Program-made: the position numbers and the translations under genes
Shown here: in pieces, positions 47,737 through 61,075 of the stretch
Layout: each line of letters opens with the position of its first letter
Numbering within the stretch: position 1 is the stretch's first letter
DNA from: Candidatus Marinacidobacterales bacterium
Lineage (GTDB): Bacteria; Acidobacteriota; Vicinamibacteria; Marinacidobacterales; SMYC01
Length of the DNA: 64,000 nt
Direction: 5' to 3'
NCBI GenBank assembly: GCA_965237685.1
Contig: CBDEGF010000004.1
Location: 264,541-328,540 of the forward strand
Notes under the pieces: generated by a model
Told to the model about the DNA's origin: nothing
What the model saw: only the letters and a program-made list of their open reading frames with translations
Database searches by the model: none

Positions 47737-48303
47737 TCAGGCCGACTGTGGCTGTCCGAACAAGCTCCGGAGCTTTCGCAGGCTCACCACGGCGAGCACC
47801 ACGACGAGCGCCAGTGCTACCAGCGGGACCACGACGGCAAGCACCGCCATCAGAAAAGAGCCGCCAAGCTCCAGCGTGGAGACGATGAAGTTGGCAAAGC
47901 CGGCGGTCGTCACCGTGGAGGCTCCTCGCACCATCGTGGTGGAGCCCTTGACGATCCCGGCCAGGCCGCCACCACCGATGATGGCGAGGCTCCACTTCAG
48001 GAACGGGTCCACATCACCGATCGTCGAAGCGGCGACGATGGTGCCGGCAACCACCGCTGCTGGACCGGAGATCGTGTCCAGCGCGTTATCCACCCACGGA
48101 ATGTAGTACGCGGCGATCTCGAGAACCGTGGCCGTCCCGAAGGTGACGAGCGCCGGGAGACTCCCGATCCACTCGAACCCCGAGCCGAGCTCGAGATAGC
48201 CCGAGTACGAGGCGATGCTCATCACCAGGAGCGGCACGAAAACCCGGAACCCACAGGCGGCCGCCAGGCCGAGCCCCATCGCAACGCTGACCACGTGGTC
48301 CAT
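47737..48303 (-). CDS. DUF4126-family membrane protein
   Basis: 188 aa, 4-5 TM segments, Gly/Ala-rich. The family is a pattern-based guess. Confidence 0.45.
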   Translation of the reverse strand: MDHVVSVAMGLGLAAACGFRVFVPLLVMSIASYSGYLELGSGFEWIGSLPALVTFGTATVLEIAAYYIPWVDNALDTISGPAAVVAGTIVAASTIGDVDPFLKWSLAIIGGGGLAGIVKGSTTMVRGASTVTTAGFANFIVSTLELGGSFLMAVLAVVVPLVALALVVVLAVVSLRKLRSLFGQPQSA

Positions 48304-48312
48304 GCTTCTATT

Positions 48313-49314
48313 TTAACAGGCCGGCGGGCTGAGGGCTCCTTCGGCGAAGAGCGCCGGCTCGCCGCCGGTGTGCAGAAAGACCACCGTCTCGTCCTTCCCG
48401 ATGCGCCCCTCGGAAATCTCCTCCATAAGGCCGGCCATCACCTTCCCCGTGTAGTTCTGATCCAGGAAGACGCCCTCGGTGCGGGCCACGAGCCGAATGG
48501 CCTCGATGCCTTCCCGGGTCGGTATCCCGTAGCCCGCTCCGATGAACCCGCCGCGGACGACGACATCCTCCTCGCTCACCTCGATCTCACGCCCCACGAT
48601 TCCGGCGGCCTCACGTGCGAACTGCTGGATGCGTGCGACACACTCGTCGACCGGCCGGCTCACCGTGATGCCCAGCAGTCGGTAGGGGGCGGAAAAGATC
48701 TTGCTGCCGGCGAGAAGGCCGGCGTGGGTGCCACAGGCGCCTGTCGCGAGCACCACCCAGTCAAGGTGCACGTCGAGCTCCTCGAGCTGGCGCGCCATCT
48801 CTCGAACACACAGGACGTAGCCAACGCAGCCGAGCCCACTGGTACCTCCCCGGGGAACGACGTAGGGGCGCCGGCCGCTGCGGCGGAGCTCCTCCGCGAC
48901 GTCGAGGATCCCGCTGTCCACGGTGGAGCGATCGGCCTCGTTTGTGAAGCGGATCTCCGCACCCAGGATCTCGTCCAGGAGCAGGTTCCCCTCGATCCTC
49001 TCCGGGCGCGAGTCGTGGAGGACACCGACCACGTCCAGCCCGGCCACGCGGGCGGCCGCGGCGGTAGCCCGAACGTGGTTCGACTGAGGACCCGCACCGG
49101 TGACGATCGTGTCCGCCTTCTCACCGAGGGCCGCCGCCAGGTAGTACTCCAGGCCGCGGACCTTGTTGCCTCCGAACCCGAACCCGATCAAATCGTCTCG
49201 TTTGAAGAAGATACGGGGCCCGCCCAGCCGCTTCGAGAGATACCGGGCCTCCACGAGGGGGGTCGGGAGAACGGCGAGCGGGAACTTCTCGGGCACGCAA
49301 AGGGCATCGGGCAT
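48313..49314 (-). CDS. PLP-dependent D-cysteine desulfhydrase / ACC deaminase family enzyme
   Basis: LPTPLVEARYLSKRLGGPRIFFKRDDLIGFGFGGNKVRGLEYYL (PLP lysine in GGNKVR), ...GGTSGLG..., tryptophan-synthase-beta fold. Start could also be 49359. Confidence 0.7.
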   Translation of the reverse strand: MPDALCVPEKFPLAVLPTPLVEARYLSKRLGGPRIFFKRDDLIGFGFGGNKVRGLEYYLAAALGEKADTIVTGAGPQSNHVRATAAAARVAGLDVVGVLHDSRPERIEGNLLLDEILGAEIRFTNEADRSTVDSGILDVAEELRRSGRRPYVVPRGGTSGLGCVGYVLCVREMARQLEELDVHLDWVVLATGACGTHAGLLAGSKIFSAPYRLLGITVSRPVDECVARIQQFAREAAGIVGREIEVSEEDVVVRGGFIGAGYGIPTREGIEAIRLVARTEGVFLDQNYTGKVMAGLMEEISEGRIGKDETVVFLHTGGEPALFAEGALSPPAC

Positions 49315-49468
49315 CGGGTCGTCAACCTCGGTTTCGTTTAGTACACTAAGGATATACATCCACTACAACGTATAACACCTGGTTCGGCACGCTGACGCCC
49401 CCACCGACCGCGTGCCGCAGGCACTTTTCAGCGTTTTCTGAAAACGAATCTCTGGAGGAAAAGACGAC

Positions 49469-49849
49469 ATGCGAGCAAGCAGAATTGAAAGAAGTGCCGC
49501 GGTGGTTGTGGGCTCAATGCTGGTGTTGACAGCCGCAGGTTGTGGACTATTCGACGTCTTCATCGACCAGGTGAAGGCCGATATCAAGGACAATCCGGTG
49601 ATCGTCCAGCACATCGGAACCATCCAGTCCATGGAGATCGACTGGGCAGGCACCGGTAGCGAGCCGGACGAGAACACCTTCGTGTTCAACGTTACGGGCT
49701 CCAAAGGCTCCGGCGTCCTGACGGCCGAGTGCATCACCATCGACGCCAATACGGAAGACGTCCGCTCCGGCAAGCTCGAGACGAGCGCGGGCCAGACCTT
49801 CGACCTCTTTGCGAGAGGTCGAGCGGGCGGGAGCCAGAAGTATCGCTAG
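49469..49849 (+). CDS. Hypothetical lipoprotein (126 aa)
   Basis: GGAGGAAAAGACGAC precedes ATG. Lipobox LVLTAAGC. Confidence 0.5.
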   Translation: MRASRIERSAAVVVGSMLVLTAAGCGLFDVFIDQVKADIKDNPVIVQHIGTIQSMEIDWAGTGSEPDENTFVFNVTGSKGSGVLTAECITIDANTEDVRSGKLETSAGQTFDLFARGRAGGSQKYR

Positions 49850-49997
49850 TCTGTCTTCTAGTCTCTTCTGAACCGCTCCGATCCTTCATTTCTTCGTGCC
49901 TGTCACCTGTCCCCGGACAGGTGCCAGGCACTTGTTTCATCCACCGCCTCGGCCGCGTTCCTTGACAGCCCGCAGGGCCCAAACTACGGTACCGTCT

Positions 49998-52355
49998 GTG
50001 TTTCGCCGCCTGCTCATTCCGCTTCTCCTCCTGGCGGTCATCATCCTGAGCAGCCCGGCGGACGCCCAGACGCCGAGCTCCATAGAACAGGACTACGAGG
50101 CGCTTCAGCGCTAGGAGTTCACTCAGAATCCGTCCCCGGTCCCGCAAGAGGGGATTTTGCTCGGCCGGGATACCGCTCTCTGGCGCCTCGAATCCGGCCG
50201 GTTCCATCTGATGCGACCCACGTCTGCAGGACAGATTACCGGTCTGGTTTTCGAGGGCCGCGGGCAGTTTCGGATGGCGATCCCCGACCCGTTCGAGCTC
50301 GCGCAACTTCGCCGGTTCACCGAGGAAGCCGAGCTGACGAGCCTCGATGTCGCCTTCGAGCAGCTGGTGCTCCGGACCTCCGACGGGCTGATTCACGAGC
50401 TCTCCCCGTCCCCGGTGGCGCCCTACCGCCGGCACCGCCTCGCCGCGAAGCGTCACGAGGAGTGGCTCGAGCGGCGGAGCGACGATGTGGACGCCCGTAT
50501 CCTGGCTGCTCTTCACGATCCTGGGGACGTCTACTTCCGTGTCGATGTGAAAACAAAAGACTGGGGATGGCTCACCTACGAGCACGACGGTCGTCGTACG
50601 GAGGAGATCCAGCTCATCCGCCAACACAAGACCTTTCCCGAGATCTGGCTCAGCCTGGACCAGGAGGCGGACCGGACCGCCTCGGGCCGACCTTCCGGGC
50701 GGCGAATCAACACCTGCGACCTGATACATATCGATGTGGTCGCCGATTTGACTCACAACGCGAGCCACGACCGAGCGGGTCGAAGCTGGGTACGCGGAAT
50801 CCGCGCCAAGTTCGACGTCGGTGTGACGGTGGAGCCGCGGATCGCCGGTGCCACCGCCTTGACCTTCGACCTCCACCCCATGGCGGAGGTCGCCTCGGTG
50901 AAAAACGCCCGAGGGGAGGAGCTCCCTTTCCTGCGGGACAACGTCGGGGATCGCACGATGCGGCTCGACGACGACCTCTACGATGATTCGATCGTGGTCC
51001 TGCTCGACCGGCCCCTCGTCGAGGGCGAGGCGCGTGAGCTGCAGTTCGAGTACGAGCTCGACATTCTGAACTTCGTCGAAGGAAAGCTCTGGTACCCGAC
51101 CCTTCGGCACAACCATCTGGATCGGCACACCGCCAGGCTCACGCTCACCGCGCGCAGAAAAGAAGATGTCCACGCGATGGGGCGCAAGGTCGACGAAAGG
51201 GAGGACGGCAAACATCGGACGTCGATCTGGGAGATCGATAACCCTGCCACGATGATCACGTTTGCGATCAATCGTCCGGTCGAGCGGGAAAGCGTTGCTC
51301 TCGACGGCGTCCCGGAGATTGTGTCCGTGGGACCGGTTTTCGGGCTCAGCGGAGGCAAGAAAGCGAGGAAAGTCTGCGAAGACATCGCCGAGAGCATCGA
51401 CTTCTTTCAGCACCTGTTCGACATCGAGCTTCCGATCGACCGTCTCGTCGTAACGAGCATCGCGGCAGACCACGGTCAGTCCTTCGACGGCTTCCTCCAG
51501 CTTCCTGAAACATCACTGTACGAGGAGCGCTCCGGACCCTCGGAGCTGTTTCGCGCTCACGAGGTCGCACACCAGTGGTGGGGCCACGCCGTGGGCTGGC
51601 GAACCTACCGGGACGTCTGGATCAGCGAGGCCTTCGCCGGGTACTCGGCCATGATGTACGTCGAGGCGAGAGTCGACGACGGCGACGAGTACTATCGGGA
51701 CATACTGGCCGCGTACCAGAACATGCTCCACGGCTCGCTCCGGAGCGTCTGGAACCGGTTCACCCGAACGCGACTCATCGAAATACGAAGTCGGCACCGC
51801 GATCGTCTCGGCCCCCTGGACGTCGGCGTGCGCGCGAGCACCAAGGATTTTCCAGAGGGTCACATCCTGCAGGTCTACCACAAAGGACCCCTCGTGCTGC
51901 ACATGCTCCGGGAGCTGCTGAGAGAGCAGACCGGCTCCGACGAGGCTTTCGTGTCGGTGCTCCGGGACTTCCTGAAGGCGCACCAGGGCGGACTGGCGGG
52001 AACAGAGGACTTCCGCGCCGTGGTGGAACGCCACGCGCCAGGCGACTGGAGCTGGTTCTTCGAACAGTGGGTCTACCGCGCCGAGATTCCGACCTACCGT
52101 TGGAGCTACCAGAGCGGCCGGCTCGGAGCCCGCAACGAGTACTCGCTCCAGCTGACGGTCGAGCGGAGCGACGTACCGGAAGATTTCCGGATGCCGGTGC
52201 CGGTGGAAGTCGAGCTGGAGAACGGCGACGTTACCACGTTTCACGTCCTGGTGGACGAGGACCACGAGGTGTTTCGTGAAACGCTACCCGCCCCCGCGAA
52301 GCGCGTCGTCTTCAACCCGGACTACGCCGTCCTGGCCAAGGTGCGAAAGAAGTAG
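49998..52355 (+). pseudogene. Secreted M1-family (gluzincin) aminopeptidase-like protein; in-frame TAG (50112-50114) separates the signal peptide from the body
   Basis: GTG 49998: VFRRLLIPLLLLAVIILSSPADAQTPSSIEQDYEALQR-TAG-EFTQNPSPVPQEGILLGRDTALW... in one frame. HEVAHQWWGHAVGWRTYRDVWISEAF is the HExxH-x18-E motif. TTG 50157 would give a signal-less protein. Confidence 0.6.
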
Positions 52356-52374
52356 CCGCCGAAGCCAGGAGTGT

Positions 52375-52560
52375 CGCAACCGGATGCTCGAGGAAACCAG
52401 GCACATCAGGAAAACAGGAAGCCAAGAAACCAGCAACAGGAAACACCAAGTCTCGAACCGGGATTTGTTCCCCGATTCTCCTGGTTTCCCCGTTTCCTGG
52501 CTTCCTGCTTGACCTGGTTTCTCTTTGACTTCCTGGCTTCCCGCCTAAAAGACTCGGACG
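52375..52560. repeat. Palindromic GGAAACC(A/C)GG-type intergenic element (third family member)
   Basis: Begins CCGGATGCTCGAGGAAACCAGGCACATCAGGAAAACAGGAAGCC, matching the reverse complement of 27860-27900. Right arm is CTGGTTTCCCCGTTTCCTGGCTTCCTGCTTGACCTGGTTTCTC. Confidence 0.7.
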
Positions 52561-52829
52561 ATAGGACAGCCTGGGAGGAGCGAAAGGGCACCCCTCGCAA
52601 CACGGGTAGCACTCCCGCACCGGGCCGGAACCCTCGGCGTGCGACGCACTAGCTCCGCTCCGAAATCAAATCTCGGTTGGTATCTTCCAGCGGCGGTACA
52701 GGGAAGGGCAATTTTTCGTTTTGCCAGCGCGTCCCAAACTCAAATAAAGTGCCGTAGGAACAACATGGCCCGGCGTGCGCCGAGCCGCTCCTGGAGCACA
52801 TCAGCAGACCAAAGAATTTCGGATCGGGG

Positions 52830-53162
52830 CTAGCCGAAGCTCTGGATCGCTTCGTCTTCGGTGTCGAAACTATCGAAAACAGTCAGCAACTTGGTGATGG
52901 ACAACAGGTCGCGCAGCCGCGACGTCAGATTGGCCAGCTTCAGTTTCGCGTCCCCGTTCTTGGCCGTGGTGTAACAGGACACCAGATAGCCCAAACCCGT
53001 ACTGTCTACATACGATACGCCGGCGAAATTCAGAACGATCTTCCTGTTCCCACCGTCGATGAATCCCTTGACCTTCTCGTGCAAGCCTTCGTCGCCGTGC
53101 ACGATTTGGCCTTTGAGGTCGATTATTTTTACGTCACCAACGCTTCGCTCTGACAACTCCAT
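52830..53162 (-). CDS. STAS-domain anti-sigma-factor antagonist (SpoIIAA-like), in a low-GC (~52%) island
   Basis: GGAGGATATCTCAAT precedes ATG 53162. MELSERSVGDVKIIDLKGQIV...KIVLNFAGVSYVDSTGLGYLVSCY...GDAKLKLANL (phosphorylatable Ser in DSTG). Confidence 0.7.
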   Translation of the reverse strand: MELSERSVGDVKIIDLKGQIVHGDEGLHEKVKGFIDGGNRKIVLNFAGVSYVDSTGLGYLVSCYTTAKNGDAKLKLANLTSRLRDLLSITKLLTVFDSFDTEDEAIQSFG

Positions 53163-53265
53163 ATTGAGATATCCTCCAAAAGACGACTCATGGAAGGCCT
53201 TAACTATGGGAATTATATACGATCTTACCCCGCAGCCGTGATACAATCCCATGACGTAGCCAAGC

Positions 53266-53301
53266 CGGGCGTGGGTGCCCGGCTTGGCTACCCTGCCAAC
53301 T
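53266..53301. other. Perfect 14-bp-stem hairpin GTAGCCAAGCCGGGC-GTGGGTG-CCCGGCTTGGCTAC without U-tract
   Basis: Directly visible in the sequence, upstream of the STAS gene promoter side. Confidence 0.7.
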
Positions 53302-53383
53302 TGACTTGAGAGTCCGGCAGGAACGCGATCGCGCGGAGATTCTACCCTCGCGCAATCGCCATTTCAAGGCTCTCCCCAACAAA

Positions 53384-53458
53384 GCCCAGAAGCTGCTGCT
53401 TCGCATCGTAGCGATATTGACGTCGAATGGTCCTCAATCAAAGTCCATCGGGCTCAGG
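53384..53458. repeat. Second copy of the 70-bp dispersed repeat; abuts the truncated IS copy 2
   Basis: AGCTGCTGCTTCGCATCGTAGCGATATTGACGTCGAATGGTCCTCAATCAAAGTCCATCGGGCTCAGGCT. Confidence 0.8.
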
Positions 53459-55498
53459 CTGCCTTTGGCGCGCACCTGCGGTACTTGGTCTGGATGTCGA
53501 ATCCTCGGCGGGAGCTCTGTGGGTGCGTGCAGTTCTCCTCGGCGGCGCGGTGGCTTCAGGCGCGTGACGGCTTCATCGGTTGGGATGACGCAACGCGGCA
53601 GAAGAACCTTCCCCGGGTGGTCAACAACAGTCGGTTCCTGATCCTGCCGTGGCTTTCCATCAAAGGCCTCGCGAGTCACGTGCTGTCGTTGGCAGCGCGA
53701 GTGGCTTTCCATCAAAGGCCTCGCGAGTCACGTGCTGTCGTTGGCAGCGCGAGTGGTGGTCGATGACTGGGAGGAAGCCTACGGGGTGAGGCCGGTGTTG
53801 CTCGAGACGTTTGTGGAGAGGGAGCGTTACGAGGGGACGTGCTATCTGGCAGCGAACTGGGTGGAGGTGGGAGTGACTTCGGGCCGGGGCCGGATGGACC
53901 GGCACAAGAGAAAAGCCGAAGCGGTGAAAACATGCTTGGTGTATCCGCTGGTGCGTGAGTTTCGCCGAGAGCTCGGCGTTTCGCGATGAAGGTTCGAGCG
54001 GGCCGAGCTCCTGCGCCTGGAAGAGCGGCTGTCGAAAGGGGAGATTCCCGAGGATGCGTGTCCGGTGCTGCTCGAGGCGGTGCGTCATCTGCTGCGATGT
54101 CGCTATCGTCGAGGCGCTTGGCATGGCGACAACGGAACGTCGCGCGAAACGCACGAAGGCAAAGGGGAAATGGAAGAACAAGGGCCACGGGCGCAACGGG
54201 GCCAAGGACTACCCTGGTGCCGAGCACGTAGCGGTTTCGCATCCCGAGCTGAAGGCGAGCGGCCCCTGCCCCGAGCCACTGTGCCGGGGCAAGCTCTACG
54301 ACACCCATGCGGCGAACAAGGATGTGGAGCTGAAGGCTCAGCCGCCGATCCAGGCGACGGTGTACGAGCGCCAGATGCTGCGATGCGCAAGTTGCCAGAA
54401 GACGTTCACAGCGCCACTTTCGTCTCAGGCCTGGGCGAGCAAGTACCATCCGAGTGTGGACGCGGTCGTTTCGGTGTTGCGCTACGCCATGGGCATGCCC
54501 CACCACCGCCTGGCGCAGTGGCAAAAGTGGGCGGGGGTTCCGTTTGCCGCCTCCACGCAGTTCGAGCGGGTCGAAGCGATGGCGAATGCCGTGTTCCCGG
54601 TCTTCCGCCACATGGAGACGATAGCCGCGAACCGGCCGCTGGTTCACAGTGACGACACCGGCGCACGGATCCTCACGTTGATGGCGGAGAACGAGACCTT
54701 GACTCAAGGCAAAGGCGAGCGCACGGGCATCTTCACCACGGGCATTGTTGCCCGCGGCTTGGACGCCACGCTTGCTCCGATCATCCTGTACGCGAGCGGA
54801 CGACGGCATGCGGGCGAAAACATGGACCGGCTCCTGAATCAGCGCACCGTTCAGGAGAGCGATGTCATCCATATGGCCGACGCCTCCTCGATGGCACCGC
54901 GCTCGCCGCGACGGATTACCGCCAAGTGCATGGTGCACGCACGCCGCTACTTCTTCGAGGCCGAGCCAGCCTTCCCCGAACACTGCGAGCGGGTGCTCGA
55001 GGACATCGCGACCATCTACCGCAACGACGACGAAACGCGCGACATGACCCCCGATGCGCGGCTTGCATATCACCAGCAACACAGCCGGCCGGTGATGGAT
55101 GCGCTCTACGAGTGGATCGAAAAGCAGTTCCGCGAGCGCGTGGTGGAGCCCAACAGCCGCCTTGGAAAAGCCTTTTCCTACGTCAAAAATCACTGGCAAG
55201 GGCTAACCCGCTTCCGCGAAGTGCCGGGCGTGCCCCTCGACAACAACGAGGTCGAGCAGGAGCTGAAGCCCTCACAACGGCATCGCAAGAACTCGCTCTT
55301 CTTCAAGACCCAGCAGGCGCCGACGTGGGCGACGTGCTCCTGAGCATGATCCGCACCGCGGTAAAAAACGGTGTCGACCCGGTGCACTATCTGACGAACA
55401 TCTCCATGCACGCTCGAGACGCTAGAGCAGCACCCGAGTCGTGGCTGCCTTGGAGCTACCAGAAGACGTTGGAAAGGCTCAACCGACCCGCCGTTGTC
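53459..55498. mobile_element. Second, degenerate copy of the accessory-ORF + IS66 TnpC module in + orientation, inverted relative to copy 1
   Basis: About 98% identical to 31780-33764. Accessory gene is 5'-truncated (starts at FGAHLRYLVW) and carries a 52-bp tandem duplication (53649-53700 = 53701-53752). TnpC has two single-T insertions near its 5' end plus the same C-terminal frameshift. It ends at the same position as copy 1. Confidence 0.7.
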
Positions 55499-55735
55499 GA
55501 GGACTTTTCGCACCGCACCGGGCTCGGTGAGATCCTGAGGAATGGCGACCACGTTGGTGCCGTGCTTTGCCTTCAGCTCCTCAGCCAACTCGGCCAATCG
55601 CTGTTCGCGTCGAGCGACCACGATAACGTTCTTGAAACCTTCCCTCGCGAGCTCGCGAGCGAACTCCCTGCCGAAGCCCGACGAGGCCCCGGTGACCAGG
55701 GCGGTGTCGCCATACACGTCGGATAGCTTGCCCAT
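55499..55735 (-). pseudogene. N-terminal 78 aa of a short-chain dehydrogenase/reductase truncated by IS copy 2
   Basis: GGAGGGG RBS. MGKLSDVYGDTALVTGASSGFGREFARELAREGFKNVIVVARREQRLAELAEELKAKHGTNVVAIPQDLTEPGAV (TGxxxGxG NAD(P)-binding motif). Beyond 55499 the frame is IS sequence. Confidence 0.6.
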
Positions 55736-55864
55736 GAGAGATCCCCTCCGTTTCAGATCGCGAATTGTGGCATCTTAGGATCGCGGGAGTCTGTCGCGCC
55801 ACTGACAGGGCCCGGAACAGGGCTCACCCGTCAATTCCGAAAGGGGCGACGCCCTTCGATGGAG

Positions 55865-57100
55865 TCAGACGCCGTCGGACTCTTCTATTTCCCCTTCGGC
55901 GGCGCCGACGTAGGTCGTGTTCGTGAGCTGACCGATGATGTTGATCGAGGAGCGGAGCATGTCGAGCGGTCGCTCGACGCCGAACACGAGCGCCGCTCCC
56001 TCGACGGGCAGCCCCAGCGCGGAGAGGAGGATGGTGAGATTGATGAAGCTGGCGGAAGGGACGGAGGCGACGGCCAGAGACGACAGCATCGCCGCTACGA
56101 GGAGCGTGACCAGCTCGCCACCACTGAGGCTCTTTCCGTAGACCTGTGCGATGAACAACACCGATATCGCCTGATACATCGCACTGCCGTCGCGACCCAT
56201 GGCGGCACCGAGAGGCACGACGAAGCTCGTGACCCGATTCGACAGGCCCATCCCGGTCTGCATGACCGACAACGAGACCGGAAGCGCCGCCGACGTCGAG
56301 CAGGTCGCGAAGGTAATGAGCAACGGCGAGCGGATCGTCCGAGCGAAACGCAGAATGCTCTGCCGAGCCAGAGCTTTCAGGACGAAGCCGTAGACCAGGA
56401 CCACCTGGAGCACGAGTGCCGCCGCAACCACGACAACGTAGTAGCCGAGCGTCCAGAGAACCGAGAGTCCCGAGCGGCCGACCACCGCGGCCATGATGCC
56501 GAAGACAACGAAAGGAGCGAGCTCGAGGATCCAGCCCACCAGTTTGAACATGACGTGGGCGGTGGCGGTCGCCAGCTCCACGAGCGGCGCTCGGGCCGCC
56601 TCCGGAAGGGCGCTCGTCGCCAGACCGATGAGCACCGAAACGAACAGGATCTGCAGCACGTTCCCCTGCGCGGCCGCGCTGAAGATGTTCTCGGGGACGA
56701 GCTCGATCAAAGTCTGAACGAACGTGGCGCGGGGGGCGTCCGGGTCCACCTCAGGCACCGCTCCGGAATGCGACTGCAGGAGTGCATCACGCGCCTCGGC
56801 GCTGAGGCCCGCCCCGGGCTGAAGCAAGAGTCCACAGCCTATGGCGATGATGAGAGCCACCGCCAGGCTGACCAGGATGAAGCCGAAGGCCCTGACACCC
56901 ATCCGGCCGAGCGCTCCGCGCCCCGGCAAGCTCGTGATCGCCATGATGAGAGACGAGGCGACGAGGGGAACGATGAGCATCCGAATGAGGCGAATGAAGA
57001 GCGTGCCCAGCGGTTCCAGAACCGCGGCGGAAGGCCCAAAAATGGCTCCGACGAGGACGCCGGCGAGAAGGCCAATGGCAACGCGGGTGTGGATCTTCAA
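55865..57100 (-). CDS. Dicarboxylate/amino acid:cation symporter (DAACS family, GltP/DctA-like)
   Basis: 411 aa with 8+ TM segments. AAMGRDGSAMYQAISVLFIAQ and SVPSASFINLTILLSALGLP are DAACS re-entrant loop motifs. Confidence 0.8.
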   Translation of the reverse strand: MKIHTRVAIGLLAGVLVGAIFGPSAAVLEPLGTLFIRLIRMLIVPLVASSLIMAITSLPGRGALGRMGVRAFGFILVSLAVALIIAIGCGLLLQPGAGLSAEARDALLQSHSGAVPEVDPDAPRATFVQTLIELVPENIFSAAAQGNVLQILFVSVLIGLATSALPEAARAPLVELATATAHVMFKLVGWILELAPFVVFGIMAAVVGRSGLSVLWTLGYYVVVVAAALVLQVVLVYGFVLKALARQSILRFARTIRSPLLITFATCSTSAALPVSLSVMQTGMGLSNRVTSFVVPLGAAMGRDGSAMYQAISVLFIAQVYGKSLSGGELVTLLVAAMLSSLAVASVPSASFINLTILLSALGLPVEGAALVFGVERPLDMLRSSINIIGQLTNTTYVGAAEGEIEESDGV

Positions 57101-57199
57101 ATCAGGCTTCTTTAGCGTCCAAGTCGTGACAGTTCAACACTTAGGGTCCGCGCGCTTCTACCACAACCGCCGTCCCGCAGACCAGTGCCCGTCCCGCGG

Positions 57200-57216
57200 A
57201 CAAGTGCCTGGCACCT
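57200..57216 (+). promoter_or_regulatory. Third copy of ACAAGTGCCTGGCACCT motif, 105 nt upstream of metH
   Basis: Exact 17-mer, preceded by GTCCCGCGGAC (as copy 2 at 49929-49945 is flanked by GTCCCCGGAC). Confidence 0.6.
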
Positions 57217-57321
57217 ATTCCGGCCGCCATTCACCGGGGCTCCGGGCCCTCTGAACCTCCGGCCGAACCCACTCTTTTCATTTGACTTGCTCCGATCCGT
57301 AGAACTTGTTACAGGTTAGAC

Positions 57322-61011
<3,690 letters not shown>

Positions 61012-61075
61012 CAAGCGGCAGCGTAACAGACTTCCCGTCGCTTCCCTCGTAGAATATGCGCGGGAGGAACGACGG

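Noticed and set aside
57110-57320. Cobalamin riboswitch upstream of metH
   Set aside because: No B12-box-like consensus or conserved riboswitch stems are recognisable, and MetH, unlike MetE, is not normally B12-riboswitch controlled. The region instead contains the 17-bp palindrome.
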